Part shown: piece by piece, positions 1-8,863 of the stretch
Numbering within the stretch: position 1 is the stretch's first letter
How the letters are laid out: each line of letters starts with the position of its first letter
Source of the DNA: Myxococcota bacterium
GTDB taxonomy: Bacteria > Myxococcota > UBA4151
Reading direction: 5' to 3'
DNA: 20,912 nt
NCBI GenBank assembly: GCA_040260805.1
Contig: JBDQPD010000059.1
Span: 1 to 20,912, forward strand
Program-made: the position numbers and the translations under genes
Notes under the pieces: model-generated
Told to the model about the DNA's origin: nothing
What the model saw: the letters and a program-made list of their open reading frames with translations, nothing else
Database searches by the model: none

Positions 1-288
1 ATAGCGTCGGTTCTGCGACGTACGAGCGCCCCGGTTGCTGAACTCTCGATAGTAGTAAGGGTAGCTGTTCGAGTAGTAGGTGCTGCCGTTGATGGTCGAG
101 CGAGCCCAGCCATCATACGCATCAATGGAGCCATTACTGATATACCAATAGTAGCTGTACAGATCCCACAAGTAACGATCTGCGTCGTAGATGTTGTTGT
201 AAAAGTGGCTCGCTTGCGCTTGAGCCGGCCAAAGCGAGAGCGCCAAGGCGGCAAGCATCACTCGACGCACGTTGATCAGAGTCGACAT
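1..288 (-). CDS. Secreted Tyr/Trp/Ser/Asn-rich protein, N-terminal part only (runs off the window start)
   Basis: Not in ORF track. Manual translation from ATG at 288: MSTLINVRRVMLAALALSLWPAQAQA-SHFYNNIYDADRYLWDLYSYYWYISNGSIDAYDGWARSTINGSTYYSNSYPYYYREFSNRGARTSQNRRY. Open to base 1, GGAGG RBS at 294-298, signal peptide with AQA cleavage motif. Confidence 0.8.
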   Translation of the reverse strand, partial: MSTLINVRRVMLAALALSLWPAQAQASHFYNNIYDADRYLWDLYSYYWYISNGSIDAYDGWARSTINGSTYYSNSYPYYYREFSNRGARTSQNRRY

Positions 289-335
289 CAACACCTCCGT
301 ATTGGCTATCTCAAAACGAGCCAATATCTACTGGA

Positions 336-350
336 GCATACATTGTATGC
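336..350. promoter_or_regulatory. Perfect inverted repeat GCATACA-T-TGTATGC, candidate operator
   Basis: 7-1-7 palindrome in the AT-richer intergenic region, about 48 nt upstream of the ATG at 288. Confidence 0.3.
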
Positions 351-507
351 CTGGTGTTCGAGAATGTATACCGCCGCTAAACCCTCGTGGATATAGGGAT
401 GTTTTGACCCAGCGAGTCTCTACATAACGATATTTTTAAGGTTTTACCCGTCCCGTTTATTGAACTCGACGCCTCTCTTGTGAGCGGTCCGAGCCGAATT
501 TTGGGCA

Positions 508-535
508 CAACAAAACCCGCCGCAAGGACGGGTTT
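508..535 (-). terminator. Intrinsic terminator downstream of rpsD
   Basis: Minus strand reads AAACCCGTCC-TTGC-GGCGGGTTTTGTT: GC-rich hairpin plus U-tract, about 30 nt after the rpsD stop. Confidence 0.75.
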
Positions 536-566
536 CGTAGCTCGCAAAGAGAACGGGGTTGAGCGC

Positions 567-1187
567 TTAGACGCGGCCCGAGTAACGTTCCACGACTGCG
601 ATGGGGTCGACGTCGAGGCAGACCTCTTCGGTCTGTGGCTCGCGCACGAAGGTGATCTTGTTGGGACCTTCGGTCACATCCAAGAAGCCCGGGATGGGCA
701 TCGAATGGCGAGGGTAAGCACCCTCTGCGTTGAGCTGCTTCACCCAGGTCGAGCGTTCTTTAATGGTCACCACATCGCCGGCGCTGAGCACCATCGAAGG
801 GATGTTGGCGCGCTTGCCGTTGACCAGGACGTGGTTGTGACTGACGACCTGACGGGCGGCGCGGTTGGTCGGAGCCAAGCCGGCTCGGAACAAGACGTTG
901 TCGAGTCGGCTTTCCAGCAGGGCGAGAAGCTTTGCATCACTGGCTTGCTTTGAGTTGAGCGCGCGGCGGATGACGTGACGGAGTTGCCGTTCACGCAAGC
1001 CGTAGTGAAAGCGAAGCTTTTGGGTCTCTTTGAGACGCAGCGCATAATCGCTAGCCTTGCGTGGGCGACGCCCTTGGCCATGAATGCCTGGGGGGTACAT
1101 ACGAACGGTGTCCTTTTGAACGAGGCCTGGAAGTGCCACGCCCAAACGACGCACCTTGCGAAGTCGGGGTCCGGTATATCTACTCAT
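567..1187 (-). CDS. rpsD: 30S ribosomal protein S4 (stand-alone, no zinc-ribbon cysteines)
   Basis: MSRYTGPRLRKVRRLG, PPGIHG, YALRLKETQKLRFHYGLRERQL, LLESRLDNVLFRAG and ARQVVSHNHVLVNGKRANIPS are S4 signatures. Confidence 0.96.
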   Translation of the reverse strand: MSRYTGPRLRKVRRLGVALPGLVQKDTVRMYPPGIHGQGRRPRKASDYALRLKETQKLRFHYGLRERQLRHVIRRALNSKQASDAKLLALLESRLDNVLFRAGLAPTNRAARQVVSHNHVLVNGKRANIPSMVLSAGDVVTIKERSTWVKQLNAEGAYPRHSMPIPGFLDVTEGPNKITFVREPQTEEVCLDVDPIAVVERYSGRV

Positions 1188-1324
1188 TGCGATGCCCTTT
1201 CTGGCTCTTTGGCATGAGCTTTTCTGCTCACGCGTCGCGGGTATAAAGCATCATCCGAATTAGATGAGGCGGCGCTGGTTGCCCGGCCAAGCGCGAACAG
1301 GCAACAAAAAAGAGGACTAAGATC

Positions 1325-1708
1325 CTAGGTCGGTTCCAAGCTCGAGCGCTTGAGTCGCCAGCTCAATTCAGCACCCTTCGTTCGGGTGCCAAAGAGTCCG
1401 GTGGAAAATTGCCAACTCCAAGTCTGCGCTTCGATGAGCCAAGATAACTTGATTTGGAATTCACCTGCGCTGTCGATCGGCGGGCGCGACTGAAAAAATA
1501 GGGGTTGGATTTCAGTCAGATCAAAGGCTCCCCAGTCCGGGAGGTGACCGCTCAGTTGTGCTTTATTGAGGACAAACAAACACGACTCGCCGCCAAAATC
1601 GGCGGCGATCTTGAGACCATTAGGGGTAGTATTTACCTGAATCGAGACCGAGCGGCGCTCACCATGAGCGTCATCACTTTGCCCAAGCCAAAAGCCCTCT
1701 AGACTCAG
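1325..1708 (-). CDS. Hypothetical protein (start uncertain: CTG at 1708 or TTG at 1579)
   Basis: The frame of the track ORF 1325..1579 stays open upstream to about 1717 (LSLEGFWLGQSDDAHGERRSVSIQV...). The CTG at 1708 overlaps the upstream gene's TGA as CTGA. Fills the gap between co-oriented genes. Confidence 0.5.
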   Translation of the reverse strand: MSLEGFWLGQSDDAHGERRSVSIQVNTTPNGLKIAADFGGESCLFVLNKAQLSGHLPDWGAFDLTEIQPLFFQSRPPIDSAGEFQIKLSWLIEAQTWSWQFSTGLFGTRTKGAELSWRLKRSSLEPT

Positions 1709-1860
1709 TGTTCGCCCTTAGCATCACCACCGGTATGATGAGCGGCTTTGTGCTTGGCGACGGCTGCGGCGCCAAGTTTGTGACCCCCATAGATCGTGAT
1801 TCCGAGACCGATCCCGGCAACGACCAACAACACTAAAAACGGTTTAAGTGCGGCCTTCAT
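1705..1860 (-). CDS. Small 51-aa single-TM membrane protein with His-containing C-terminal tail
   Basis: Below the ORF-track cutoff. MKAALKPFLVLLVVAGIGLGITIYGGHKLGAAAVAKHKAAHHTGGDAKGEH*. Strong AGGAGG RBS overlapping the TAG stop of the ABC ATPase gene. Confidence 0.7.
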   Translation of the reverse strand: MKAALKPFLVLLVVAGIGLGITIYGGHKLGAAAVAKHKAAHHTGGDAKGEH

Positions 1861-1868
1861 GGGTCCTC

Positions 1869-3701
1869 CTACAGCTCGAGGGGCTGATTAGCCCGTTGGG
1901 ATTGAGCAGCGATGCGCTCATCCTGGCGCCTGCGAATATTGTCAAGGCTATCGTTTGGAATCGAATCGATCAAACGGCGCGTGTACTCTTGCTCAGCCTG
2001 TTGGTAGATCTCTTCCGACGGGCCCATTTCAACGATCTTACCGGCATTCATCACCGCCATCACGTCGCTCATGAACTTAACCACCGAGAGGTCGTGACTG
2101 ATAAAGATATACGACAGTCCACGTTTCTCTTGCAGCTCTTTGAGCAGATTCAAGACCTGCGCCTGGACGCTCACATCCAGAGCGCTCACGGATTCATCAC
2201 AGATGATGAAGCTTGGATCGATCGCCAGGGTGCGTGCGATGCAGATACGTTGCCGCTGACCGCCCGAGAACTCGTGAGGGAAGCGACGCAAGTGTTCACC
2301 GCCCAAGCCAACCTCTTCAAGCAGCGAGACGCATCGATCTCGACGCTCAGCGGCGCTCGAGCCGATGCCATGAATTAGCATGGGCTCAGAGATCAGTGAT
2401 TCCACTGGCATTCTTGGGTTGAGGCTAGAGTAGGGGTCTTGAAAGATGATCTGGAGATCTTTGCGTACGGTGCGCAGATCGGCGCCTTGAAGCGTTGCCA
2501 GATCCCGAAGTTCGCTCTCTGGATTCGGCCGAAACCGAACCACTCCTCCAGTGGGCTCGATGAGCCGAAGAATTGCTCGACCGCAGGTGGTTTTACCACA
2601 GCCCGACTCGCCGACTAAACCTAAGGTTTGTCGTGGATGAACTTTAAAGCTGATCCCATCCACGGCGCGCACGTAATCATAAGTGCGACGCATCATCCCC
2701 TTTTTGAGCGGGAAATAGACCTTGAGATCCTCGACTTCGAGGATCGGAGGCTCATCCGAATGCGGCATCTTGCCACGGCCGGAGTTGACCAACTCATTGA
2801 AACGTTCATCGCCTAAGTCCTTGGCGACCACGATCGGATTACCGCCGTCGTCTTGCTGAACCTCCATGAAGTCGGTGACCGTCGGCAGGCGTTTGAAGGT
2901 GCTGTCCAGTCGCGGCCGGCAGTTCAAAAGACCGCGAGTGTATGGGTGCTGAGGGTTCTCAAAGATCTGGCTGACGTTACCCGTTTCAACGAGCTTACCT
3001 CGGAACATCACGGCGACATCGTCGGCGATTTCACCGATCACACCCAAATCGTGGGTGATGAACAAAACCGCCATACCTCGTCGGTCACGCAATTCTCGAA
3101 TCAGATCGAGAATCTGAGCTTGGATCGTCACATCGAGCGCCGTGGTGGGTTCATCAGCGATGAGTAAGCGGGGGTTACAGCTCAGCGCCATGGCGATCAT
3201 GACGCGTTGTTTTTGACCACCTGACATCTCGTGAGGGTAGCGATCCACGCTGCGCGATGGGTCAGGAATGCCGACCTCGTCGAACAGCGCAATGGTCCGG
3301 TCTCTCGCTTCTTCCTTGCTGATGTCTTCATGCAGTCTGAGGGCTTCCATCACCTGCTCGCCGACCGTGAAGACGGGATTCAGGCTCGTCATCGGCTCCT
3401 GAAAGATCATCGCCATTTCTTTACCGCGCATCTTGCGCAGCGCAGCGGCCCCTGTGGTCTGTAGGTCGCGTCCTAAGAAGCTGATCTTGGAAGCCGTGAC
3501 CTCGGTAATCGCCTCGGGAAGCAAGCCCATGACGGTCAACGAGGTCACCGATTTACCCGACCCGGATTCTCCAACCACGCCTAAAGTGCGGCCTGCACGG
3601 ATGCCTAAGGAGATATCATCTACCGCCTTAACCACGCCATCTTCGGTGTGAAAGTAGGTCTTGAGACCCTCGATTTCGAGGACGCTTTCAGGATCGTGCA
3701 T
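1869..3701 (-). CDS. Fused double ABC ATPase of dipeptide/oligopeptide/nickel transporter type (DppD-DppF / GsiA / YejF-like)
   Basis: Two Walker A motifs ([16 protein letters not shown]), two signatures ([16 protein letters not shown]), Walker B (LIADEPT, IICDESV), HPYTRGLL motif. ATG at 3701 preferred over the track start at 3725. Confidence 0.92.
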   Translation of the reverse strand: MHDPESVLEIEGLKTYFHTEDGVVKAVDDISLGIRAGRTLGVVGESGSGKSVTSLTVMGLLPEAITEVTASKISFLGRDLQTTGAAALRKMRGKEMAMIFQEPMTSLNPVFTVGEQVMEALRLHEDISKEEARDRTIALFDEVGIPDPSRSVDRYPHEMSGGQKQRVMIAMALSCNPRLLIADEPTTALDVTIQAQILDLIRELRDRRGMAVLFITHDLGVIGEIADDVAVMFRGKLVETGNVSQIFENPQHPYTRGLLNCRPRLDSTFKRLPTVTDFMEVQQDDGGNPIVVAKDLGDERFNELVNSGRGKMPHSDEPPILEVEDLKVYFPLKKGMMRRTYDYVRAVDGISFKVHPRQTLGLVGESGCGKTTCGRAILRLIEPTGGVVRFRPNPESELRDLATLQGADLRTVRKDLQIIFQDPYSSLNPRMPVESLISEPMLIHGIGSSAAERRDRCVSLLEEVGLGGEHLRRFPHEFSGGQRQRICIARTLAIDPSFIICDESVSALDVSVQAQVLNLLKELQEKRGLSYIFISHDLSVVKFMSDVMAVMNAGKIVEMGPSEEIYQQAEQEYTRRLIDSIPNDSLDNIRRRQDERIAAQSQRANQPLEL

Positions 3702-3779
3702 GAACAGCTTACTCCAACTCAGCACGTGCCCTATAGCCGCTTTGCATCGCCCTGAGAAGAACGACCTGAGCGATGAGGC

Positions 3780-4262
3780 TTAGTACGGAATACCGAGCTT
3801 TTTATACAGGAAATGGATCAGCCAAGCCGGGCCAACGAAGAGAAACTGAAGGTCCTCTAAGAAGCTCGGTTTCTGACCTTCGATATGATGACCAACGAAC
3901 TGAGCAATCCAAGCCACCACAAAGATCGCAGCGCTGACCTGCCATAGCGACCAGGCGCTGGCATCGATCAGCATGATGCCCCACAGACACAAAACCGTGT
4001 AGCCGAGCATGAACAGACTGATCGTCAGGCTGAGACGAATGTAGAACCCAAAGAGCACGCCGAGCATCGTCACAGCGCCCAAGTTCGCAAAGGGCGCTAA
4101 GCCTTCGCCCAGCAACCCGCCAAGCCCCGGAATCGGAACAGCCCACAACAGCCCGAGGGTAGCGAAGACAATCACGGGAACACAGAACCAGTGAATGAGT
4201 TTGTTGATCGGGTTTTGATGGCTCTCGCCGTAGGCTTCAAACCATTCGTCTGCGCTGCGCAT
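3780..4262 (-). CDS. DUF962 / Mpo1-like membrane protein
   Basis: YGESHQNPINKLIHWFCVP and AWIAQFVGHHIEGQKPSFLEDLQFL motifs, several TM helices, GGAGG RBS upstream. Confidence 0.88.
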   Translation of the reverse strand: MRSADEWFEAYGESHQNPINKLIHWFCVPVIVFATLGLLWAVPIPGLGGLLGEGLAPFANLGAVTMLGVLFGFYIRLSLTISLFMLGYTVLCLWGIMLIDASAWSLWQVSAAIFVVAWIAQFVGHHIEGQKPSFLEDLQFLFVGPAWLIHFLYKKLGIPY

Positions 4263-4330
4263 AAGAAGCCTCCTGTCGTAGGGTGCCTAGTGTGGCCGCT
4301 CTGAGCCTTGGCGGCAATGGGGCGCCTGCT

Positions 4331-5587
4331 TTAGTGGTGTTGTTGGTTTGATGTGCGCAGTCGACGCGCCATCTCAGCGGCGAAATGACGATAGAACTCA
4401 GCCGCCATGTCGGGGTGAGTATCCAGGAGATGTTGAAAGTCGTCGTGTCGAATGGCGAGGACGGCAAGCGCTGTGGCTGCTCGCACCTTCGCTGAAGCAG
4501 GGGCGTCATCGACCAGAGCCATTTCGCCGAACCATGAGCCCGCACCAAGTTGTGCTAACTCGCCACCGCTTGCGCTGAGCACAGAGGCTTTACCTTGGAT
4601 GAGAACGAAGAGCTGATGGTTGGGTTGGCCAGCCTCAATCAGCACCTCGCCTTTGGCAATTCGGCGTCGGTCAAAGGCGTCATAAAGCGCTCGCATTTGC
4701 GGTAGCGTCAGGCCTGCGAGCAAGGGGTGGCGTTGTAGGATCTCGATCCCAGATCGCACTCGATTATCATCAAATTCTTCAGCCTTAGCGGCCGTTTTGA
4801 CCACGGGGGTTGGCGCTGAGGCTCCTTTGCATAGGGTCAGTCGTTCGGCGACGTCTTTGTAGCTGAAGTTCCAGCTTGCCAGCTGCTCTAGTGAGCGCAG
4901 CGCTTGGTCATAGTCATGCTGGTCCATGAGAATAATGGCGCGCTCGAGATACAAATCGGCGTTGGCTTCTTCGATTGAGTCCTGCCCGATCCCCATTTCA
5001 AGACGCCTGATGGCAAGCGGGCTCATCTGCGCTTGATGCAAACCTCGCGCAGCGAGCAGGCAGGCTTTACGAAAGCTAAAGTCATCAGGCGGCACCTTCT
5101 GCAGCAATGGAATCGCACGGTCTGAGCGGCCCGCCTCAAGCAAGCATTCACCAGCTCGAAAGATAGCCCCAGCTCGCTCAAAGGCCATCCCTGCCTTAAG
5201 CGGATTCTCTAATCGGAGCCACAGCTCGGCAGCTTTGGTAAAACTCCCCGACGCCTCATAGCAAATAGCGGCTCGAGCGAAGACCTTTGCGCGCCAGTAC
5301 ATCTCGGCGGCGTTCGCTGGGTCACCAGCCTTTTCGTACATCTGCCCGCTGCGCGCAAAGTCACCGATCTGGTCAAAACACTCAGCGACCAGTCGAAAGT
5401 GTCGGGCTTTGTGGAAGAGGGTTGCGAGTCGACCGAGGCGGTCGTGTTCTCGACCGGTGCGCTCAATCAGGAGGTAACCTAAATCAGATCGGCTTTTGCT
5501 GTAGTGATCGATCGCGGCGTCCATGCGATTTTTCGCAAGGTGCGACTCAATGATTCGAAGTTCTTCGGCGTCGTGTAAGCTGCTCAT
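4331..5587 (-). CDS. TPR/helical-repeat protein with C-terminal cyclic-nucleotide-binding (CNB) domain
   Basis: N-terminal repeats (AAEMYWRA, AAICYEASG, AAELW, AGMAFERAG). C-terminal GEVLIEAGQP..LFVLIQGKASV..LGAGSWFGEMALVDDAPASAKVRA. Confidence 0.82.
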   Translation of the reverse strand: MSSLHDAEELRIIESHLAKNRMDAAIDHYSKSRSDLGYLLIERTGREHDRLGRLATLFHKARHFRLVAECFDQIGDFARSGQMYEKAGDPANAAEMYWRAKVFARAAICYEASGSFTKAAELWLRLENPLKAGMAFERAGAIFRAGECLLEAGRSDRAIPLLQKVPPDDFSFRKACLLAARGLHQAQMSPLAIRRLEMGIGQDSIEEANADLYLERAIILMDQHDYDQALRSLEQLASWNFSYKDVAERLTLCKGASAPTPVVKTAAKAEEFDDNRVRSGIEILQRHPLLAGLTLPQMRALYDAFDRRRIAKGEVLIEAGQPNHQLFVLIQGKASVLSASGGELAQLGAGSWFGEMALVDDAPASAKVRAATALAVLAIRHDDFQHLLDTHPDMAAEFYRHFAAEMARRLRTSNQQHH

Positions 5588-5626
5588 GGTTTAGACCATG
5601 AACAAAAGCGCTGCGCTCGAAAACCC

Positions 5627-7015
5627 CTAGCCGAGGATCTCAAGGCCCTTTGAGTACTCAAACATGGCTGCTGGAATGACCACGTCTTCGATCCCGCCCA
5701 CCAAGTCGTAGTCGTGAACCTCTTCGATCCGTAGTCGCACGAGATCACCCGGATTTGCCCAGCCATCATTGATGTAGGTGATCCCATCGATCTCCGGCGC
5801 TTGACTCACTGAGCGCCCCTGCAGCAGCAGCTCCGTCTCTTCGCTGACGCCATCCACTAAAACCTCGATGGTTTGCCCGATCAGCGCCTCATTATGCCGG
5901 CGATGAATTCCCGCCTGAAGTTCCATGATTCGAGCTTGGCGTTCTGCTTTGACCTTCTCGGCGATCTGGTCAGGCAGCGAGGCCGAGGGCGTGCCCTCTT
6001 CTTGGCTATACCGAAAGACACCGACCCGCTGAAATTCCATCTCTTCAACAAAGTCATAAAGCGCTTGAAATTCTTGTTCGGTTTCACCGGGGTAACCCAC
6101 GATGAACGTGGTCCTCATGGTGAGGTCAGGGACCTCTTCTTTGAGACGGTGCAAGATACTGCGAATCTTATCGGGATGCGTTGCGCGCTTCATGCGCTTG
6201 AGCATCGCACCATCGATGTGTTGGATCGGCATATCGAGATAGGGCAAGACCTTGGGATGGTCCCGCATCAACTCAAGAAGCGGCTCTTTGATGTTGCGCG
6301 GGTAGGCGTACATCAGCCGAATCCAAGCCAGCCCATCGATCTGAGCGAGCTCTTCGACCAGTTCGTGTAGTTTGGGACGACCGGGCAGGTCGACGCCATA
6401 GGCGGTGAGGTCTTGAGCGACTAAGATGAGCTCTCGAACGCCGCTCTTCGCTAAACGGGTTGCTTCTACCACCAGGTCATCAATGCCACGACTATTTTGC
6501 ACGCCGCGCAGGGTGGGAATGATGCAAAAAGCACATTTGTTTGAGCAGCCCTCTGCGATTTTTAGGTAGGCTGTGTGCCGGGGCATCGAGTTGACCCGGG
6601 GCACCGCAGAGGTCGCAACAAAATCCGGATCCGAGACGATCCGCCGAGGCATACCCGCAGCCCGCTCAAGCACCTCGGAAATTTTGGCGTATTCTGCGGT
6701 GCCTAAGAAGTAGTCGACCTCTGGCATCTGCTCAGCGAGCTGGTCGGCATAGCGCTGCGCAAGGCAACCACTGACCACCAGCGCCTTGCAGCGGCCGCTG
6801 TCTTTGAGTTCGGCCATTTCAAGTATGGCATCGACGCTCTCTTCTTTGCTTTCATCGATGAAGGCGCAGGTGTTGACGACGATGGCCTCGGCACGTTCTG
6901 CCTCATCGACAACTTGCCATCCCTTGACCCCTAAAATTGCCAGCATATGCTCAGCGTCTACCCGGTTCTTCGGGCATCCTAAGCTGACAAAGTGCACTCG
7001 GCGATCAGGGATCAT
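5627..7015 (-). CDS. rimO: Ribosomal protein S12 methylthiotransferase RimO
   Basis: SLGCPKNRVDAE, VNTCAFI, radical-SAM CSNKCAFC, AQDLTAYG, WIRLMYAYP, TRAM-domain QAPEIDG. ATG at 7015 with GGAG RBS preferred. Confidence 0.95.
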   Translation of the reverse strand: MIPDRRVHFVSLGCPKNRVDAEHMLAILGVKGWQVVDEAERAEAIVVNTCAFIDESKEESVDAILEMAELKDSGRCKALVVSGCLAQRYADQLAEQMPEVDYFLGTAEYAKISEVLERAAGMPRRIVSDPDFVATSAVPRVNSMPRHTAYLKIAEGCSNKCAFCIIPTLRGVQNSRGIDDLVVEATRLAKSGVRELILVAQDLTAYGVDLPGRPKLHELVEELAQIDGLAWIRLMYAYPRNIKEPLLELMRDHPKVLPYLDMPIQHIDGAMLKRMKRATHPDKIRSILHRLKEEVPDLTMRTTFIVGYPGETEQEFQALYDFVEEMEFQRVGVFRYSQEEGTPSASLPDQIAEKVKAERQARIMELQAGIHRRHNEALIGQTIEVLVDGVSEETELLLQGRSVSQAPEIDGITYINDGWANPGDLVRLRIEEVHDYDLVGGIEDVVIPAAMFEYSKGLEILG

Positions 7016-7085
7016 GGGGGCTCCATCAAGCCCCCTCATAACCGACCTCGCGCCAAGACGGTACATTTAACGTGCGCAGGTTGCC

Positions 7086-7958
7086 CTAGCGCGTTGCGCT
7101 GCGACAGCGAGCGCTTGCCGCATTGATCGCTTGGATGTGCCTGCCGATAGCCTTGGAGTCGGCTTGGATCTTTGGAAGGGCGGAGTGCGCAACCAGACCA
7201 GGACAAAGCGGAATCTGAGATTTCCCCGGCGTGATCTTTTCGATTTGGCGTAGGTCGGCCTCAAGCGATTCAATGAGATCGCTGATTGCCTTTTGCGATC
7301 GAGCCATCGTGCTCAGCGCGCTTTGACATGTGGCTTTGGCTTCGGGCTTGAGCAGGACTGCGCTGTTGAGACGAGTCTCAGCGGATCGGATTTGCGGCCC
7401 CGTCTTGCGCATCTGACGCCGCAGGTCTTTGATTTGTTTTTGAGCCTGGCTGACGAGCTTGGCGCGGTCAAACTGACCAAACTTTGCGCTCCGGGCGTCC
7501 GAGTCAAAGGTTCGAAAGATACTCTGAGCATCTGTCGATAGTTTGCCCATCGCCTGATGCAGCTTTTCTGCTCCGTCGCGGATCGATTGGTTTTGCTTCC
7601 AGCCTGGGCGGTCGCTGTACAGGCGCTTCTTACCTTTTGAGATCCGATCAAATCGCTTGAGCAGTTGCTTCAGTTTTCGGTGCTTGACCTGCATCTGCCG
7701 TCGAACGGTATCGGCAGCGCGCAAGGACTTTCGTAAGTTCGGATACGGCGCTGTGGCCATAGGTGCGCCTTGATTTTTGCACTGACTGAGCATGCGTTGT
7801 CGCTCTTTACGCGCCGAATCGACGGATCGAGTCAGTTGGGCACTTTGGGCGCTGAGTTGTTTCAGCGCTTTGCGTTGAGGGCCGACTTGTACGCTGTATC
7901 GTAGAGTGCAGCTCATCAGACCTAAAGCCAGCCCAGCTAAGAGCATTCGAGTGATCAT
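7086..7958 (-). CDS. Hypothetical basic, helical/coiled-coil lipoprotein
   Basis: MITRMLLAGLALGLMS-C lipobox-like signal; K/R/Q-rich helical body; GGAGA RBS before the ATG at 7958. Confidence 0.7.
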   Translation of the reverse strand: MITRMLLAGLALGLMSCTLRYSVQVGPQRKALKQLSAQSAQLTRSVDSARKERQRMLSQCKNQGAPMATAPYPNLRKSLRAADTVRRQMQVKHRKLKQLLKRFDRISKGKKRLYSDRPGWKQNQSIRDGAEKLHQAMGKLSTDAQSIFRTFDSDARSAKFGQFDRAKLVSQAQKQIKDLRRQMRKTGPQIRSAETRLNSAVLLKPEAKATCQSALSTMARSQKAISDLIESLEADLRQIEKITPGKSQIPLCPGLVAHSALPKIQADSKAIGRHIQAINAASARCRSATR

Positions 7959-8080
7959 TTGTCTCTCCAGCAACAGGCGGTCAGCATGTCCGAGATTGGG
8001 TTGAGCGCCAAGGACCTGCTCACGCCCGGTAGACTTGGCGAGCCAAGAGCGTTTACCTATCGCCTACGAGGAGAGCAGAC

Positions 8081-8863
8081 GTGAGCCTTCGGCGGTGCTT
8101 GTTGATGATCTCGGTGCTGATCAGTTCAGCCTGTGCAAATGAAGTCGTTCAGCATGATCTGAGCGAGCGCCAGGCAGTACAGATCCAAGTCTTGCTTGAA
8201 AATTCGGGGATCGAGGCGGTCAAAATCCGCGATCCCAAAGCGCGGAAGCCCAGCTTCTCGATCGAGGTCAGCCCGGGTGAAGCCGGCAAAGCTCGTCGTT
8301 TGTTGGTGCGCCATGATCTGCCTCGACGCGAAAGCCGCGGCATGTCCGAGACCTTCTCTGCTGATCCAGGGTTGATTCCAACCGCCATGCAAGAGCGCGC
8401 TCGTTTGATTGCTGCGCTCTCGGGTGAGGTTGAGAAAAAGCTCCGTATGATCCCTGGAGTTGCGGACGCTCATGTGACCGTTGTGCTCCCCGCAGATGAC
8501 CCATTGCGTGACGTGGATGCTCCAGCAGAGCGTGCGACTGCGTCGGTTGTTTACCGCTATCTAGTGAAAGCCAACGCCGATGAGAAACCACCCTTGGCAG
8601 AGGGCGACTGCCGCTCTTTAGTCGCGGCTTCGATCCCTGGTTTGAGCCCCAATGACGTGGTCGTTGTGTCGCGTCCGGCGATCGCCGATGTCTTTGAAGA
8701 GGTCAAAGGCGATCCGACGGTCAGCTTCTTAGGTGTTCGGGTGCATCCGAGCAGTCGCGGGCGCTTTCGCTTGGTCGTTTTGGGCTTACTTGGAGTGTCC
8801 CTCATGAGCTTAATCGGACTGGGGATGGTGGTGATGCGTCGCCGCCGTGAGGCTTCGGTGTGA
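8081..8863 (+). CDS. sctJ: Type III secretion inner-membrane ring lipoprotein (YscJ/HrcJ/FliF N-terminal family)
   Basis: Lipobox ISSA-C, HDLSERQAVQIQVLLENSGIEA, GLIPTAMQERARLIAALSGEVEKKLRMIPGVADAHVTVVLP, ATASV, C-terminal TM plus basic tail. 260 aa is SctJ-sized, not FliF-sized. GAGGAG RBS at 8068-8073. Confidence 0.9.
   Translation: MSLRRCLLMISVLISSACANEVVQHDLSERQAVQIQVLLENSGIEAVKIRDPKARKPSFSIEVSPGEAGKARRLLVRHDLPRRESRGMSETFSADPGLIPTAMQERARLIAALSGEVEKKLRMIPGVADAHVTVVLPADDPLRDVDAPAERATASVVYRYLVKANADEKPPLAEGDCRSLVAASIPGLSPNDVVVVSRPAIADVFEEVKGDPTVSFLGVRVHPSSRGRFRLVVLGLLGVSLMSLIGLGMVVMRRRREASV

Noticed and set aside
205..1246. Plus-strand ORFs 205..396, 480..953, 975..1217, 1061..1246
   Set aside because: Mostly antisense shadows of rpsD and the minus-strand secreted gene; no recognisable motifs.
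1214..1267. Short inverted repeats upstream of rpsD (TGAGC-N6-GCTCA, TCATC-N7-GATGA) as a Zur box or S4 autoregulatory leader
   Set aside because: Only 5-6 bp arms and no match to Zur consensus sequences I know; not supportable without comparative data.
1587..1608. GC hairpin TCGCCGCC-AAAATC-GGCGGCGA
   Set aside because: Probably inside a coding frame, no U-tract, single copy; expected by chance at this GC content.
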